Counted from the first letter of the stretch, positions 50,489-61,343 are shown. The stretch is DNA of 64,000 bases from Candidatus Omnitrophota bacterium (GCA_903860135.1 CAIOPG010000004.1:272648-336647); one strand, 5' to 3'. Notes: generated by a model from the letters alone, not told the origin. A program made the numbers and translations.

Positions 50489-51607
50489 TTGATTTTGTCA
50501 AGTTTAATAAATAAGAGGGCGACATTGAGAAAAATCGCGCTGATCTGGCTGGTGCTGTGTTCGCTATTGACTGTTGCCGCGCGGGCAGAGGATTTCGGTC
50601 TTGAAGCGCAGATGGAGCCGCCAACGGCCCGGGCAGTCACGTTGCCGGGGCTGGTTTCCTCTGAACCCGTTGAATATGCTGAGGCACAGCCGGAGGCTGT
50701 GCGCAACAATGAGATCGCTTTTCAGATCGCCAGCTTTTTGTGTCAAACCGGAGACCGTTGGCCGAATAATTACGCCGCCGCTTATTCGTCATCGGATAAA
50801 ATGAGAAAAAGTGGCACTCTCATAGGTGTTGCAGGTGCCAAAACATGGCAATTTTATGAGCCGATCCATGCCTGGAGTGATGTGTCGCAAAGGGCATCGA
50901 TGCCGAATATTGTTAAAATCCAGGGGGAATTTTCCCAAGGGAATATGGATTACGATTCGTATGTGACGGGAAAAAAGAAGAGCTTTGATGTCAAGGAGCT
51001 TGACTTGCGCTTGTTGGCAGGGTATGCGATTGCCCTCAATGACCGGACGCTCGTCACGCCGTACGTCGGGATCGGTTACCGTTCATCGTCGAATAATGCG
51101 GGCGGTTATGTGGATTACTTTGTTTATGATTATGCAAAGTTTACAGTAAAGAATAATCTTTATTATCTTCCTATTGGTGTTGAAACGCTCACACGCTTGA
51201 ATGCGCAGTGGGATGTAGGTCTTAATCTTGAAGCGGATTGGGTCATCGGGGGTGATGTTGATTATTATCTGAATGAAATTGACGGGCTTTTCCCTATGGT
51301 AGATGTTAATACAGGCGAAGCCTTACAGGTGCAAACGCGAAAGGCTTCTTCACATTTGAATGGCGGGTTTGGTTTCAGGACATCAGTAAAACTTATTCGA
51401 AAGTTTGAGAAAATCAATTTCTTTGTTGAGCCTTATTTGAAATTTTGGAGTTTGAACAAGAGCAAGCCGACGGAGGCTCATGCCTATGCGGTTAATAATG
51501 GCAAGGATTATGTGTCAGTATATCCGGATAAGAATATTTACAAGCCGTTGTGGGAGGCGGATACGTATACGATTTATACGGGCTTGCGCATGGGGGTTCA
51601 GTTTTAG
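50489..51607 (+). CDS. Putative outer-membrane beta-barrel protein (porin-like), unknown family
   Basis: Signal peptide, alternating amphipathic beta-strand pattern, C-terminal aromatic residue (…GLRMGVQF). Confidence 0.45.
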   Translation: MILSSLINKRATLRKIALIWLVLCSLLTVAARAEDFGLEAQMEPPTARAVTLPGLVSSEPVEYAEAQPEAVRNNEIAFQIASFLCQTGDRWPNNYAAAYSSSDKMRKSGTLIGVAGAKTWQFYEPIHAWSDVSQRASMPNIVKIQGEFSQGNMDYDSYVTGKKKSFDVKELDLRLLAGYAIALNDRTLVTPYVGIGYRSSSNNAGGYVDYFVYDYAKFTVKNNLYYLPIGVETLTRLNAQWDVGLNLEADWVIGGDVDYYLNEIDGLFPMVDVNTGEALQVQTRKASSHLNGGFGFRTSVKLIRKFEKINFFVEPYLKFWSLNKSKPTEAHAYAVNNGKDYVSVYPDKNIYKPLWEADTYTIYTGLRMGVQF

Positions 51608-51742
51608 GAAGTTCAGCGTGTTCTGTAATCGTGTTGCGGTGTTATATGAAAGGTCTACTGTCTTTGATGTTATGCGTTCATGCCTGAGCTATCTTGCCGT
51701 TACTGGTTTCTTGCCTGTTGTCGATTACAAGAAAAACTATTC

Positions 51743-53479
51743 ATGTTAGACATTGTTCAGCGTATGCGTTATGGTTGGCCTTGGTTTTTGCTGGCAGGAT
51801 TGATGCTGGCTGTTTATTGGCCTTCTTTCTGGGCGCAGTACATTAATTATGATGATCCGGGGCATTTTCTTAACGGTCTTTTTTCAAAGCCGGGCAGTAT
51901 TTTCCTGACAGGCAATAGCGTTTACAAGACGTATGTTCCGTTAAGCATTATTAGTGCGTATATTGAGAATATCTTCTTCAAAACAAATCCTCACGTGACA
52001 CATATCATCAATTTTCTTCTGCATGGGTGTGTGGTATTTCTGATTTTTCATTTGGCGTGCCGTCTGGGTGTAAAAAAGCCGGCGGCATATATCGCGGCAC
52101 TTATTTTTGCGGTGCACCCGATGCATGTCGAATCGGTCGCCTGGGCCACAGAAAGAAAGGGGCTTCTTTATGCTAATTTCTATCTGATGGCGCTGCTTTT
52201 TTATTGTGATTATGCCGACACGAAAGCGGCACGCGCCTATGTCTTTGCCTTGGCCTGCGCGCTGTTGAGTGTGTTGTCCAAGCCCATGGCGCTGAGCTTG
52301 CCGCTGGTCTTGTTCTTGATCGATTACATGAGGGGCAGGGGGTTGTCTTTGGCCGGTGTTATGGACAAGGTGCCTTTCTTTTTGGTTGTTGAACCTGTGG
52401 TTTTGATCACATATCTACAAAACAGCAGGCATCTGGACATGGTTTGGCCCGGGGCCTTGATGTTGTGGGCCTGGTGCGGTGCCTTTTATATTAATACATT
52501 CTTTTGGCCGGCGCATTTGTTGCCTCTTTATGGGCCTCCGGTGATGGAAGGCTTCTCGTTGGTGGCACAGATCTTTTTGCCGGTTGCCGGGAGTGCGGGG
52601 GCGTGGCTTGTGTTGCGGGAGGCTACAAGAAAGTGGATTGTCTTCGCGTTGTTTTTTTATTTTTTATCAACCTTCTTTTTGTGGCGTTTCGACATCGTGC
52701 AGGATTTAAATTTTGTTGCAGATCGTTTCATGTATCTTCCCAGTTTTGGCTTTTGCCTGTTGGTGGGCGTTGTTGTTCATGAATGGTTTTTGAGTTTACA
52801 GGTTGTGCGGCAAAAGATTCTGTTCTGGATGGTGATCCTTGTTATTTTGACGTCGATGATTTATAAATCCTGCCAGCAAGTCCGGGTGTGGGATAACGGG
52901 GTTCGATTTTTTAGTTGTATTCTTGAGGAGCGGCCGGGTATGTTTTTTGCTTTGGTGGGCAGGATACGCGCGGTGTTGGGAGTGGACCCTGTCTTTGAGC
53001 GCGGAGGGGATGATGATATCAGACAATCGGTTGATCCCAGATATTGGCGCGCGGTGGCGCGGCGGCAAGGAGGCGAGGTTGAAATACAAAGAAAGACATT
53101 TTATTTAAGGCAGCTTTGGGCGTTGAGAGACCTCAGGGTTCTTGCCCAGAACTATGCTGGCAGTGCGAGTTATAATTGTTATTCGGCCGTTGTCCATGAG
53201 AATTGGTGCCACAATAATAATGCGGCGTGCGGAAAGTCTTTGGATGCGTATTCTCTGGCGATAGGTGTTGCCGGCAACAATGCACAGTTGTTCTTCGGCC
53301 GGGGGCGCCTTGCCTTGAAAATGAATCGGAATAAAGCGGCATTGAGGGATGCGCTGACAGCGATAAAGCTTTCACCCGGGACAGCCGCTTACCATGAACT
53401 GGCTGTTTTATCGGCACTGCACGGCAGGGACGTTGTATTAGCCAAGCATCTTTTTGCTAGATTTCAGCGTCAGCGTTAA
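51743..53479 (+). CDS. PMT/ArnT-like (GT39/GT83-type) membrane glycosyltransferase with C-terminal TPR repeats
   Basis: ~11 TM helices with conserved DxD-like motif near first loop (YDDPGHF), C-terminal TPR-like repeats; start at MLDIVQR (track 51680). Confidence 0.55.
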   Translation: MLDIVQRMRYGWPWFLLAGLMLAVYWPSFWAQYINYDDPGHFLNGLFSKPGSIFLTGNSVYKTYVPLSIISAYIENIFFKTNPHVTHIINFLLHGCVVFLIFHLACRLGVKKPAAYIAALIFAVHPMHVESVAWATERKGLLYANFYLMALLFYCDYADTKAARAYVFALACALLSVLSKPMALSLPLVLFLIDYMRGRGLSLAGVMDKVPFFLVVEPVVLITYLQNSRHLDMVWPGALMLWAWCGAFYINTFFWPAHLLPLYGPPVMEGFSLVAQIFLPVAGSAGAWLVLREATRKWIVFALFFYFLSTFFLWRFDIVQDLNFVADRFMYLPSFGFCLLVGVVVHEWFLSLQVVRQKILFWMVILVILTSMIYKSCQQVRVWDNGVRFFSCILEERPGMFFALVGRIRAVLGVDPVFERGGDDDIRQSVDPRYWRAVARRQGGEVEIQRKTFYLRQLWALRDLRVLAQNYAGSASYNCYSAVVHENWCHNNNAACGKSLDAYSLAIGVAGNNAQLFFGRGRLALKMNRNKAALRDALTAIKLSPGTAAYHELAVLSALHGRDVVLAKHLFARFQRQR

Positions 53480-53706
53480 AGCCATGAGGATGTGTCCATG
53501 TTTAAAAGAATCCCGGTGATCAAGGCCTTGCACTGCGCACGCAAGCGATGTCAGACCCAGAAGCTGATGGGCAGATGACCTCGGCCGCTGCGGACGATGG
53601 CCGTGTGGTTTCTCACCCGTAGTCCTTTTAAAACATAGAATTCATGTTAAAATAAATATTTCAATCCGGCATTAGGTTCGAAGGATAAAGATGAGGGAAA
53701 TATTGA

Positions 53707-54168
53707 ATGCCTGAAAAGTCGCGGAACGTCAAAGAACGGTTGTACCGGCTTTTGATATTGAACAGTTCACCGCATGGCATCGCGTTGGGGGTGGCTGTGG
53801 GTGTTTTTATCGGGATGCTGCCGCTCTACGGCTTGCACACGGGGCTGGTTATCGTTGCCGCGTTTGTATTGAAAGATGTGAATAAGGTTGCGATCTTCTT
53901 AGGGACCAGTGTATCGATTCCACCGACGGTGCCGTTCATTTCATGGGCCGGTTACAGCATTGGCACGTTTGTGTTGGGCGGAACTTATCCGCCGTTCCCG
54001 TGGGATTTCTTTAGTCATTTTTCTTACCGGGAATTGTGGCGTCTTTATTTGCCGTTGTTTACGGGCAGTCTTATCCTGGCTTTTGTGTCGGCAGTTGTAT
54101 TTTATGTTTTGATCATATGGGGCGCGGGCAAATGGATGGCGCGCCGGCAGCGGCGGGCAAGGGCATGA
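53707..54168 (+). CDS. DUF2062 family membrane protein
   Basis: …SPHGIALGVAVGVFIGMLPLYGLHTGLVIVAAFVLKDVNKVAIFLGTSVSIPPTVPFISWAGYSIG…. Confidence 0.5.
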   Translation: MPEKSRNVKERLYRLLILNSSPHGIALGVAVGVFIGMLPLYGLHTGLVIVAAFVLKDVNKVAIFLGTSVSIPPTVPFISWAGYSIGTFVLGGTYPPFPWDFFSHFSYRELWRLYLPLFTGSLILAFVSAVVFYVLIIWGAGKWMARRQRRARA

Positions 54169-54181
54169 TCAGGGTGACGCG

Positions 54182-54442
54182 ATGGACTATGTAAAGCAGA
54201 GCGACTTGCTCAAGGCATTGGCACATCCGGTTCGGCTCAGGATGGTTGAGGGCCTCTTGGGGCATGAGTGTCATGTGGACAGGATGGTCCGTGGCCTCGG
54301 ACTGCCACAATCGACGGTGTCTCAGCATCTGGGCGTGCTCAAAAGCAAGGGCATTGTTCAGGTGCGTAAAGAAGGCGTTAAAACGTGTTATAAGGTGCTG
54401 CATCCGGCCGTGGCCAAGATCGTGGCGGCACTCGGGAAATAA
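54182..54442 (+). CDS. ArsR/SmtB family transcriptional regulator
   Basis: …[17 protein letters not shown]…[31 protein letters not shown]… wHTH. Confidence 0.7.
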   Translation: MDYVKQSDLLKALAHPVRLRMVEGLLGHECHVDRMVRGLGLPQSTVSQHLGVLKSKGIVQVRKEGVKTCYKVLHPAVAKIVAALGK

Positions 54443-54462
54443 AATACGACGGAAAGGTTGTT

Positions 54463-56196
54463 ATGAGCGTATCGCCGGAAGATCAGCCCAGGGATTTTAT
54501 CCGCGACATTGTTGCGGGGCATGTTGAGGAAAAAAGGTATCCGGGTATCGTGACGCGTTTTCCGCCGGAGCCCAATGGGTATCTGCATATCGGGCACGCG
54601 AAATCGATCTGCCTTAATTTCGGGATCGCCCGGGAAAATAACGGGCGCTGCAACCTGCGCATGGACGATACCAATCCGGCGAAGGAAGATGTGGAGTATG
54701 TCGATTCGATCACGGCTGATGTGGCGTGGCTGATCGACGGTTGGGCCAACAAAGCCCTGGGGTTAAGAGCCGACGGGAGGCCGTTCTTTGCCAGTGATTA
54801 TTTTGACGCGCTGTATGAATATGCGCTCACGCTGATCCGCAAGGGCAAGGCCTATGTGTGCGACCTGACGCCTGAGGATACGGATAAATTCCGCGGCGCG
54901 CCCGACAAGCCCGGCGTGGAAAGCCCGTTCCGTTATCGTGCGATGGAGGAAAGCTTGGATCTTTTCCAGCGCATGAAAGCCGGAGAGTTTCCCAACGGCG
55001 CGCGAACCCTGCGCGCCAGGATCGATATGGCCGCGCCGAATGTCTGGCTGCGCGACCCGATCCTTTACCGGATCCGTCATACGGAACACCACCAGTCCGG
55101 CCGGCAGTGGTGCATTTATCCGATGTATGATTTTGCGCATGGCCTGAGTGATTATACCGAGGGGGTCACCCACAGCATTTGCACCCTTGAATTTGAGGTG
55201 CACCGCCCGCTGTATGACTGGATCCTCGAGGTGCTCGACCTTCCTTTGCCGTTGCCGCATCAATATGAATTTGCCCGTTTGAATGTAACGCATACGGTCA
55301 TGAGCAAGCGCAAACTTCTGGAACTTGTTCAGAAGGGACTGGTGTCCGGGTGGGATGACCCGCGCATGCCCACGATCTCCGGTATGCGGCGACGGGGCTA
55401 TCCGGCCGCGGCGATCCGGGAATTTTGCCGTCGCATCGGTGTGGGTAAAGTGGAGAATATGATCGACCTTTCCCTGCTGGAATTTTGTGTGCGCGAACAG
55501 CTTAACAAAGCAGCGTTACGCCGGATGGCCGTGCTCCGGCCGCTTAAAGTTGTGATCGAGAATTATCCTGACGGGCAGACGGAACAGCTGGCGGCGGTCA
55601 ATAACCCCGAAGACGCTGGTGCCGGGTCGCGGCTGGTGCCTTTCAGCAAGGTCATTTACATCGAGCAGGATGACTTTCGCGAGAACCCACCCAAGGAGTT
55701 CTTCCGCCTGGCACCGGGGCGTGAGGTGCGGTTGCGGTATGCGTATTTCATTGTCTGCCGCGATGTTGTTAAAGACCCGCTGACGGGTGCGGTTGTGGAA
55801 TTGCACTGTACCTATGATCCCGCCACGCGCGGGGGGGATTCGCCCGACGGGCGTAAAGTGAAGTCCACAATCCACTGGGTGGCGGCGAACGAGGCGGAGG
55901 ATATTGATGTCCGGCTGTATGACCGTTTGTTTACCGTTGAAGACCCGGCAAGGATCGAGTCTGGCGTGGACTACAAGGAGCTTCTCAATGCCTCATCCTT
56001 GACGCTGATCAGCCAGGCCAAGGCGGAGCCGTCGTTGCTGACGGCTGTGCCGGGGGCGGTGGTGCAGTTTGAGCGCCTGGGGTATTTTTGTGTGGACCGG
56101 GACAGCTCATCCGGGCATAAAATATTCAATCGTACGGTAACACTCAAAGATGACTGGGCGAAGATCGAAAAACGGGGCTGTTTGCCCAAGCGTTAA
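54463..56196 (+). CDS. glnS: Glutaminyl-tRNA synthetase
   Basis: [23 protein letters not shown] (HIGH), VMSKR (KMSKS), GlnRS anticodon-binding beta-barrels. Confidence 0.9.
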   Translation: MSVSPEDQPRDFIRDIVAGHVEEKRYPGIVTRFPPEPNGYLHIGHAKSICLNFGIARENNGRCNLRMDDTNPAKEDVEYVDSITADVAWLIDGWANKALGLRADGRPFFASDYFDALYEYALTLIRKGKAYVCDLTPEDTDKFRGAPDKPGVESPFRYRAMEESLDLFQRMKAGEFPNGARTLRARIDMAAPNVWLRDPILYRIRHTEHHQSGRQWCIYPMYDFAHGLSDYTEGVTHSICTLEFEVHRPLYDWILEVLDLPLPLPHQYEFARLNVTHTVMSKRKLLELVQKGLVSGWDDPRMPTISGMRRRGYPAAAIREFCRRIGVGKVENMIDLSLLEFCVREQLNKAALRRMAVLRPLKVVIENYPDGQTEQLAAVNNPEDAGAGSRLVPFSKVIYIEQDDFRENPPKEFFRLAPGREVRLRYAYFIVCRDVVKDPLTGAVVELHCTYDPATRGGDSPDGRKVKSTIHWVAANEAEDIDVRLYDRLFTVEDPARIESGVDYKELLNASSLTLISQAKAEPSLLTAVPGAVVQFERLGYFCVDRDSSSGHKIFNRTVTLKDDWAKIEKRGCLPKR

Positions 56197-56290
56197 CAGG
56201 TGATGATTTTTATGAAATTTGTATGTTTTCAGGGTATACTTTAAAAAGAATTAAAAGATAACAGCAAGTTAAACCTCCAGGGGAGAAGAA

Positions 56291-56701
56291 ATGAAAAAGT
56301 TTATCAAAGCTGACGGCTGGGTTAAAGTTCCGGTACAGACCAAGGCGTATCCCTTGCAAGCGATCTATTCTGCCGGATATGTTTTCATGGACAAGGCATA
56401 CCTTTACCTTGACCTTGAGGCCAAGGACAAGGTGGTGGTGTGGCTTAAGCCCAAGGCCAAGGCTGACCTTGACAAGCTGGCCATGGAGTTTTGCCAGGAA
56501 CTTTTAAATTACGCGCATTATTTCTCCAGTTTGAAAGTCAATGCCGAGAGCACGAAGCTTCTCTTGCAGCGCGCGCTATTTTCGGCGGCTCCGTCGATGG
56601 TCAAGGAAGCTGAAGAGAAAGAGATCCAGGACCTCATCAAGGAGCTCGAGCAGGAAGAGGAGAAAGAAAACCGCAAGCCTGTCAAGAAAGGCAAGAAATG
56701 A
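56291..56701 (+). CDS. Hypothetical protein (136 aa, Lys/Glu-rich C-terminus) at head of radical-SAM cluster
   Basis: ORF only; no motif recognised. Confidence 0.3.
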   Translation: MKKFIKADGWVKVPVQTKAYPLQAIYSAGYVFMDKAYLYLDLEAKDKVVVWLKPKAKADLDKLAMEFCQELLNYAHYFSSLKVNAESTKLLLQRALFSAAPSMVKEAEEKEIQDLIKELEQEEEKENRKPVKKGKK

Positions 56702-56925
56702 GCACGCCTTTTTTAAAGAAAGACAAGACGGGCATTTGCCTTAAACTGCATACGGCTCTGTATGGGCACGATGCCATTGAGCAGTTCAGGGGTGCTTACG
56801 GTGACGGGCTGACATTCGTCAGGCGTGGCGCGTACTGGATCCTTTCTTTTGCCGATGCCCTTGAAGAAGATGTTGTTGATTCTCTGGACAGCCTTCTGGT
56901 TTTATCGCGGAACAGAAAAAAGTAA
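56698..56925 (+). CDS. Hypothetical protein (75 aa)
   Basis: ORF with 4-nt overlap to upstream gene. Confidence 0.3.
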   Translation: MSTPFLKKDKTGICLKLHTALYGHDAIEQFRGAYGDGLTFVRRGAYWILSFADALEEDVVDSLDSLLVLSRNRKK

Positions 56926-56952
56926 TATCAATCCTATTGTGAGAGATGCCCT

Positions 56953-58356
56953 ATGGCCCGAACGAATGATGACGTGATCCTGCCGTTCAATTCCGCTAGG
57001 ATCCGTGATAAATATCTGGTAACAAATATGCTCGGTGCCTGGGAGGTGCTTGATCCGGCGGAATTCAGGCTGTTGAATGCCTTAAAACCCCTGCCCGGGA
57101 CGCCGCTGTGGACGCGCCTCAAAGAGCGCGGGATCGTGGTCGATGACAAGAATATCCTGCCCATGCTTCAGAAGTACCGGGAGCTTAACAGCAATCTTTT
57201 TTCAGATACGTCATTGCACATCGCGGTGGCAACGACGAAATGTAATTTAAGCTGTGCGTATTGTCAGGCAGGAGCCGTACCTCAAGAGGATATGACGTAT
57301 GAGGTGGCCGCCAAGGTGCTCGAATATCTTTTTGGTGTGCGCAATACATCTGTTTCTCTGGAATTCCAGGGCGGGGAGCCGCTCATGAACTGGCCGGTGG
57401 TCAAGTTTGCCATTGAACATGCGCGTCAATATAATACGACGGGAAAGAAGCTCAGGATTTCTGTTGTGACCAATATGCTTCTATTGGATGATGAAAAAAT
57501 GAAGGTTTTGGCGGACAACGATGTTGACGTGTGCACATCTTTAGATGGCCCTAAAGCGGTGCATGATAAAAACAGAAAGTATGTGAGCGGCCTTGGTTCA
57601 TATGACGAGGTGATGGCCAAGATCCGGCGCTTCAAGGAAAGATTTGGCCGGTCTACAGGTCTTTTAGCTACGATTACGGCGGCTTCACTCGATCATGCCG
57701 AGGCGATCGTGGATGAGTATGTCCGGCTTGGCCATACGGAGATATGCCTGCGGCCTGTTAATAACATGGGCACGGCGCGTTGTTCCTGGAGTGATATTGG
57801 TTATTCAGCGGAAGAGTTCAATGCCTTTTACGGTCGCGCGATGGATCACATCCTGAAGCTGAACGCCAAGGGGACATTGATGATGGAGCGGATGGCGCGT
57901 GTGATCCTGACCAAGGTGCTCGAGGGGAAGGACCCCGGGTATGTGGATCTCATGAACCCTTGCGGCGCCGGGCGCACGACCATGGCGTATATGCCCGACG
58001 GCAGTTGTTATCCGTGCGATGAAGCGCGCATGATCGGCGAAGACATGTTCAAGCTGGGGAATATCCTTTTAGAAACATATGATGACATGATCAAGAAAGA
58101 AAACCTGCAACATCTTTTGCAGGCGTCATGTACGAATTTATGGCAGGCGTCGTCAGTGTTTTCCCCCTGGAGCGGGCATTGCCCGGTGGTCAATTATGCC
58201 CTTCAGCAGAATATTGTCCCCAAGGTGCACTGCTCTTCCCAGCACAAGATCATGACCGGGCAGTTCATGTATTTATTTGACAAGATCGTGGCGCAAGGGG
58301 CGGCTCTGGAGACATTCAAGCGGTGGTTAGCAGGAGACAGTCATGGAAAAAAATAA
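56953..58356 (+). CDS. Radical SAM enzyme with SPASM/twitch-type C-terminal Cys cluster (467 aa)
   Basis: CNLSCAYC = CX3CX2C; GGEP motif; C-terminal …NPCGAGRTTMAYMPDGSCYPCDE… and further Cys pairs. Confidence 0.8.
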   Translation: MARTNDDVILPFNSARIRDKYLVTNMLGAWEVLDPAEFRLLNALKPLPGTPLWTRLKERGIVVDDKNILPMLQKYRELNSNLFSDTSLHIAVATTKCNLSCAYCQAGAVPQEDMTYEVAAKVLEYLFGVRNTSVSLEFQGGEPLMNWPVVKFAIEHARQYNTTGKKLRISVVTNMLLLDDEKMKVLADNDVDVCTSLDGPKAVHDKNRKYVSGLGSYDEVMAKIRRFKERFGRSTGLLATITAASLDHAEAIVDEYVRLGHTEICLRPVNNMGTARCSWSDIGYSAEEFNAFYGRAMDHILKLNAKGTLMMERMARVILTKVLEGKDPGYVDLMNPCGAGRTTMAYMPDGSCYPCDEARMIGEDMFKLGNILLETYDDMIKKENLQHLLQASCTNLWQASSVFSPWSGHCPVVNYALQQNIVPKVHCSSQHKIMTGQFMYLFDKIVAQGAALETFKRWLAGDSHGKK

Positions 58357-58636
58357 GAAACAACCCCGGAAGAAGATCGAGATCAAAAAGACCCTGAAAG
58401 CTTTTCTGGCCGATGAGGATGGCTTTGTGAGCAAGGAAACGATCCTCAAGGTCGGCCTCGCCACGGTGGCCGGCATCGGGGTGTTGGGTGCGATGTCACC
58501 CGCTGACGCAGGGCATACCAATTATATGACGCATAATAACACGATGAATTTTACGCCGCAGGTTGTTGATGGTTGTTTGGTTCCCAACACAACGCACACG
58601 AATATGGATGTGCCGTATTCACATAACAGTTATTGA
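58343..58636 (+). CDS. Small protein (97 aa): Lys-rich N-terminus, hydrophobic segment, His/Asn/Thr-repeat C-terminus – candidate precursor peptide
   Basis: …GHTNYMTHNNTMNFTPQVVDGCLVPNTTHTNMDVPYSHNSY with four H-x-(N/S)-x repeats; overlaps the end of the upstream rSAM gene. Confidence 0.4.
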   Translation: MEKNKKQPRKKIEIKKTLKAFLADEDGFVSKETILKVGLATVAGIGVLGAMSPADAGHTNYMTHNNTMNFTPQVVDGCLVPNTTHTNMDVPYSHNSY

Positions 58637-58660
58637 AAAAGTTTCTGCGCGAGGGCCGCA

Positions 58661-59491
58661 ATGAAGAAGTTGTGCAGCATTAATTGTTTATTATTTCTAC
58701 TCGCCGTGTCGTTGTTTGCTGTCACATTTGCTGTTGCCCAAGAAGGGCCTGCACCTGGCGTGGAAGAATCCAGACCTCAGGAAGAAGCTTTGCCAGATGG
58801 TCAGGCATCGTCACATGATTTTTCCAGGATGAGCCCGGTGTTATGGTCTTACGCGGTGGCGGCGACGGATGGGGCGGTTTCGTGTCAGGAGTTATCGACA
58901 GAGAATGGCAAACGGTCGTGTCAACTAGAGGCTAAAGTATTGGCAAGTCGCAGATTGCTGGCAGAAGGACGGTGCGGGCGGTTTGAGTCAGGATCTATTG
59001 CTTTGAAGGTGTGCACGGCCATTAAGGGCAGGAGTTGTGCCTCTTGGCAGGAGCCGATCAGAAGCATATGTGAGGCTGTTATTAAGACAGGCGCAATGGA
59101 TCAACGCACGGTCATGGTGAAAGATGTTGCTGAAAAAGTTGAAATGGCATCACAGGAAGAAACAGATCAAGGCGTGGCGTGGCGGGCAGAGGTTGGCGGA
59201 TTGAAATTGAGCGACCTTGCCATACTTTTTGCAGTTATACAGGGATACCGTGAGCCCGTATTAACCCGACGACAGGAAACGTGCGAAGCGTATGCACGGG
59301 CATATTATGTTGGGGATGGCTTTGATCCTGAATATTTTCGATGTACCATACTGTTCAGCGATGATCCTGTTAAGAAGGCTAAGGATATTGATCGCGACCT
59401 GGACGTGTATCGTTCCGTGCGTAGCGGCGCGGGACGTGAGGCGTGTGACAGCATCCAAACGGTCGTATTGCGGGAAGCCTGCGTGCGTTAA
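58661..59491 (+). CDS. Secreted Cys-rich hypothetical protein (276 aa)
   Basis: Signal peptide (LLFLLAVSLFAVTFAVAQE), ~14 Cys. Confidence 0.4.
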   Translation: MKKLCSINCLLFLLAVSLFAVTFAVAQEGPAPGVEESRPQEEALPDGQASSHDFSRMSPVLWSYAVAATDGAVSCQELSTENGKRSCQLEAKVLASRRLLAEGRCGRFESGSIALKVCTAIKGRSCASWQEPIRSICEAVIKTGAMDQRTVMVKDVAEKVEMASQEETDQGVAWRAEVGGLKLSDLAILFAVIQGYREPVLTRRQETCEAYARAYYVGDGFDPEYFRCTILFSDDPVKKAKDIDRDLDVYRSVRSGAGREACDSIQTVVLREACVR

Positions 59492-59494
59492 TTA

Positions 59495-60514
59495 TTATAC
59501 AGTTTCATGTGGTATAAGGTTCCCGACAGGGAACTTTTTTGTATAGACGGATCGATGTGATTTTATAAAAAGAGGATCCGGTGCCATATAAGAGCCAGAT
59601 ATTGTGTGGGCAAGTGCACGGCTTCCTCCACAGCATTGTGCCAGGCAGATACAAGCGTGGCAGGTCGCCGGAAGGTATGCGGGATCGTTGAGTTGCCTTA
59701 AGAAAGGATGTTTCCATGCGGCCTGCAGATCTGTACCCAGGTTTTCAGGGATAAAGTAACTTGGCTTCCAGAAGCCACGCGCATCCCAGACAAGCCTAGA
59801 ACGTCCGTCGTCGGCCTGGCCGCCAGCCATGACTTTCCTGGCGATTGAAGTGTTGAGCGGGAGGCACAGGGGGAGCGCGTTGCCGATGATGGCATGGATC
59901 CCGTCACCTTGGAGTTTGAGCAATGACCAGCATAATCCGCTATATCTCTTTCGGTCTTGGTCAGGCGGCAGGAACGGCCCAGTCATGGGTCGAAACAGTT
60001 CCCAGGTGTGTGGCCTGATCTTCTTGACAAGGGTCGTGTATTTCGAGAAATTTTGAAGGAGGGTTGGCGTGATCACCGTCCCAAGGCGGACGACAGGGAG
60101 GCAGGCCTTGAGCAGGAAGATATTTCTGATCTTTTCTTCGAATGAAGCGGATGTTCGGGTCATCGCTTGTGTTGAGGTGCTATTAAAGCCCTGCAGGGAA
60201 ATCAGGGCATTGTCAACATGGCTGATGAGGACATTGAGTGCTTGGGGTGTGAGTAAGGTTGCGTTGGTGTTCAGTAAGACATAGAATTTGTGTTGTTTGG
60301 CATAAGCCAGCATGCGCGACAGGTCTGGCACAAGCAAGGGTTCGCCGCCGGTAAAGCGCACGGCGGGAACGTGATAATGCCTGGCCTGGTCGAGGATGTC
60401 TTTGACGGCTGAGAATGTCATGTGCGGGGCGCGTGCGGCAGAATTGGTGCAGTAGCCGCAGTGCATATTGCATTGGCCGGTGATTTCGATGACGATTTCG
60501 GATGGATTCTTCAT
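59495..60514 (-). CDS. Radical SAM enzyme with C-terminal SPASM/twitch-type Cys motif (339 aa)
   Basis: CNMHCGYC = CX3CX2C; GGEPLL; C-terminal …ATCHACICLAQCCGG…. Confidence 0.8.
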   Translation of the reverse strand: MKNPSEIVIEITGQCNMHCGYCTNSAARAPHMTFSAVKDILDQARHYHVPAVRFTGGEPLLVPDLSRMLAYAKQHKFYVLLNTNATLLTPQALNVLISHVDNALISLQGFNSTSTQAMTRTSASFEEKIRNIFLLKACLPVVRLGTVITPTLLQNFSKYTTLVKKIRPHTWELFRPMTGPFLPPDQDRKRYSGLCWSLLKLQGDGIHAIIGNALPLCLPLNTSIARKVMAGGQADDGRSRLVWDARGFWKPSYFIPENLGTDLQAAWKHPFLRQLNDPAYLPATCHACICLAQCCGGSRALAHTISGSYMAPDPLFIKSHRSVYTKKFPVGNLIPHETV

Positions 60515-60557
60515 GTGGCTTTCATGTGTTAAAGATTAATCGAATGTTGATTATAGC

Positions 60558-61343
60558 ATGTGTGTGTTCACCATGCGTTTTGAAGAGAGATTCGGGGGTG
60601 TTGCCATGAATAGGCCGTTGGTTTTCTTGCGCGATGATGATATAGGGACAGATGACGGCATTTTTTTTGAGTTGGCATCTTTTTATTCTGAACGACATAT
60701 CCCGGTTGTTTATGGGGTTATTCCGGATCGTTTGGAATTGCGCATGATCAGCGTCCTTCGGAAAGCCAAAAAGATTGATCCTGGTCTTGTTGATATTGTT
60801 CAGCATGGCTTTCGGCATATAAATTACGCGGCGCCTAAACTGGCAAAATATGAATTTGGCGCACGACGTACGTATGCGCAGCAGTTGCAGGATATTAAGT
60901 CGGGGCTAGGTATCATGCGTAATATTTTCAGTGAAGACTTTACACCAGCTTTTATTCCACCGTATCACGGGTATAATCAGGACACGTTAAAGATTATACA
61001 GGAACTTGGATTTTCTATTTTTTCAGCAGGGCAGTTGGCGGCTCTTTCCGGTAAGGCATTTCTTGATCTTCCGGCGAGGGTGTCTTTGAATGAATTTCAA
61101 CCTGATGGTTCTTCCAGGGTGCTCAATGTCCAAGAAATGATGGCAACGTTTCGGCGGGTGTTTGTGACAGGCGGTGTGATTGGCATTGTGTTTCATCATC
61201 ATCTCATTAAAACATCGGCAGATATGCGAGCGATGAAAGATTTCTTTCGTTCTTTGGTACGCTGGCGAGATGAGGAGAAAATAAGGTTCGGTCTTTTTTC
61301 TGATTTTATTCGTGCACAGGCCAAGAAAAGTGCGGTTGCATGA
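60558..61343 (+). CDS. Polysaccharide deacetylase-like (NodB/DUF2334-like) protein
   Basis: …RDDDIGTDDG…VVYGVIPD…VQHGFRHINY… resembles carbohydrate esterase 4-type D…D / H…H motifs; true start possibly MNRPLVF (60606). Confidence 0.4.
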   Translation: MCVFTMRFEERFGGVAMNRPLVFLRDDDIGTDDGIFFELASFYSERHIPVVYGVIPDRLELRMISVLRKAKKIDPGLVDIVQHGFRHINYAAPKLAKYEFGARRTYAQQLQDIKSGLGIMRNIFSEDFTPAFIPPYHGYNQDTLKIIQELGFSIFSAGQLAALSGKAFLDLPARVSLNEFQPDGSSRVLNVQEMMATFRRVFVTGGVIGIVFHHHLIKTSADMRAMKDFFRSLVRWRDEEKIRFGLFSDFIRAQAKKSAVA

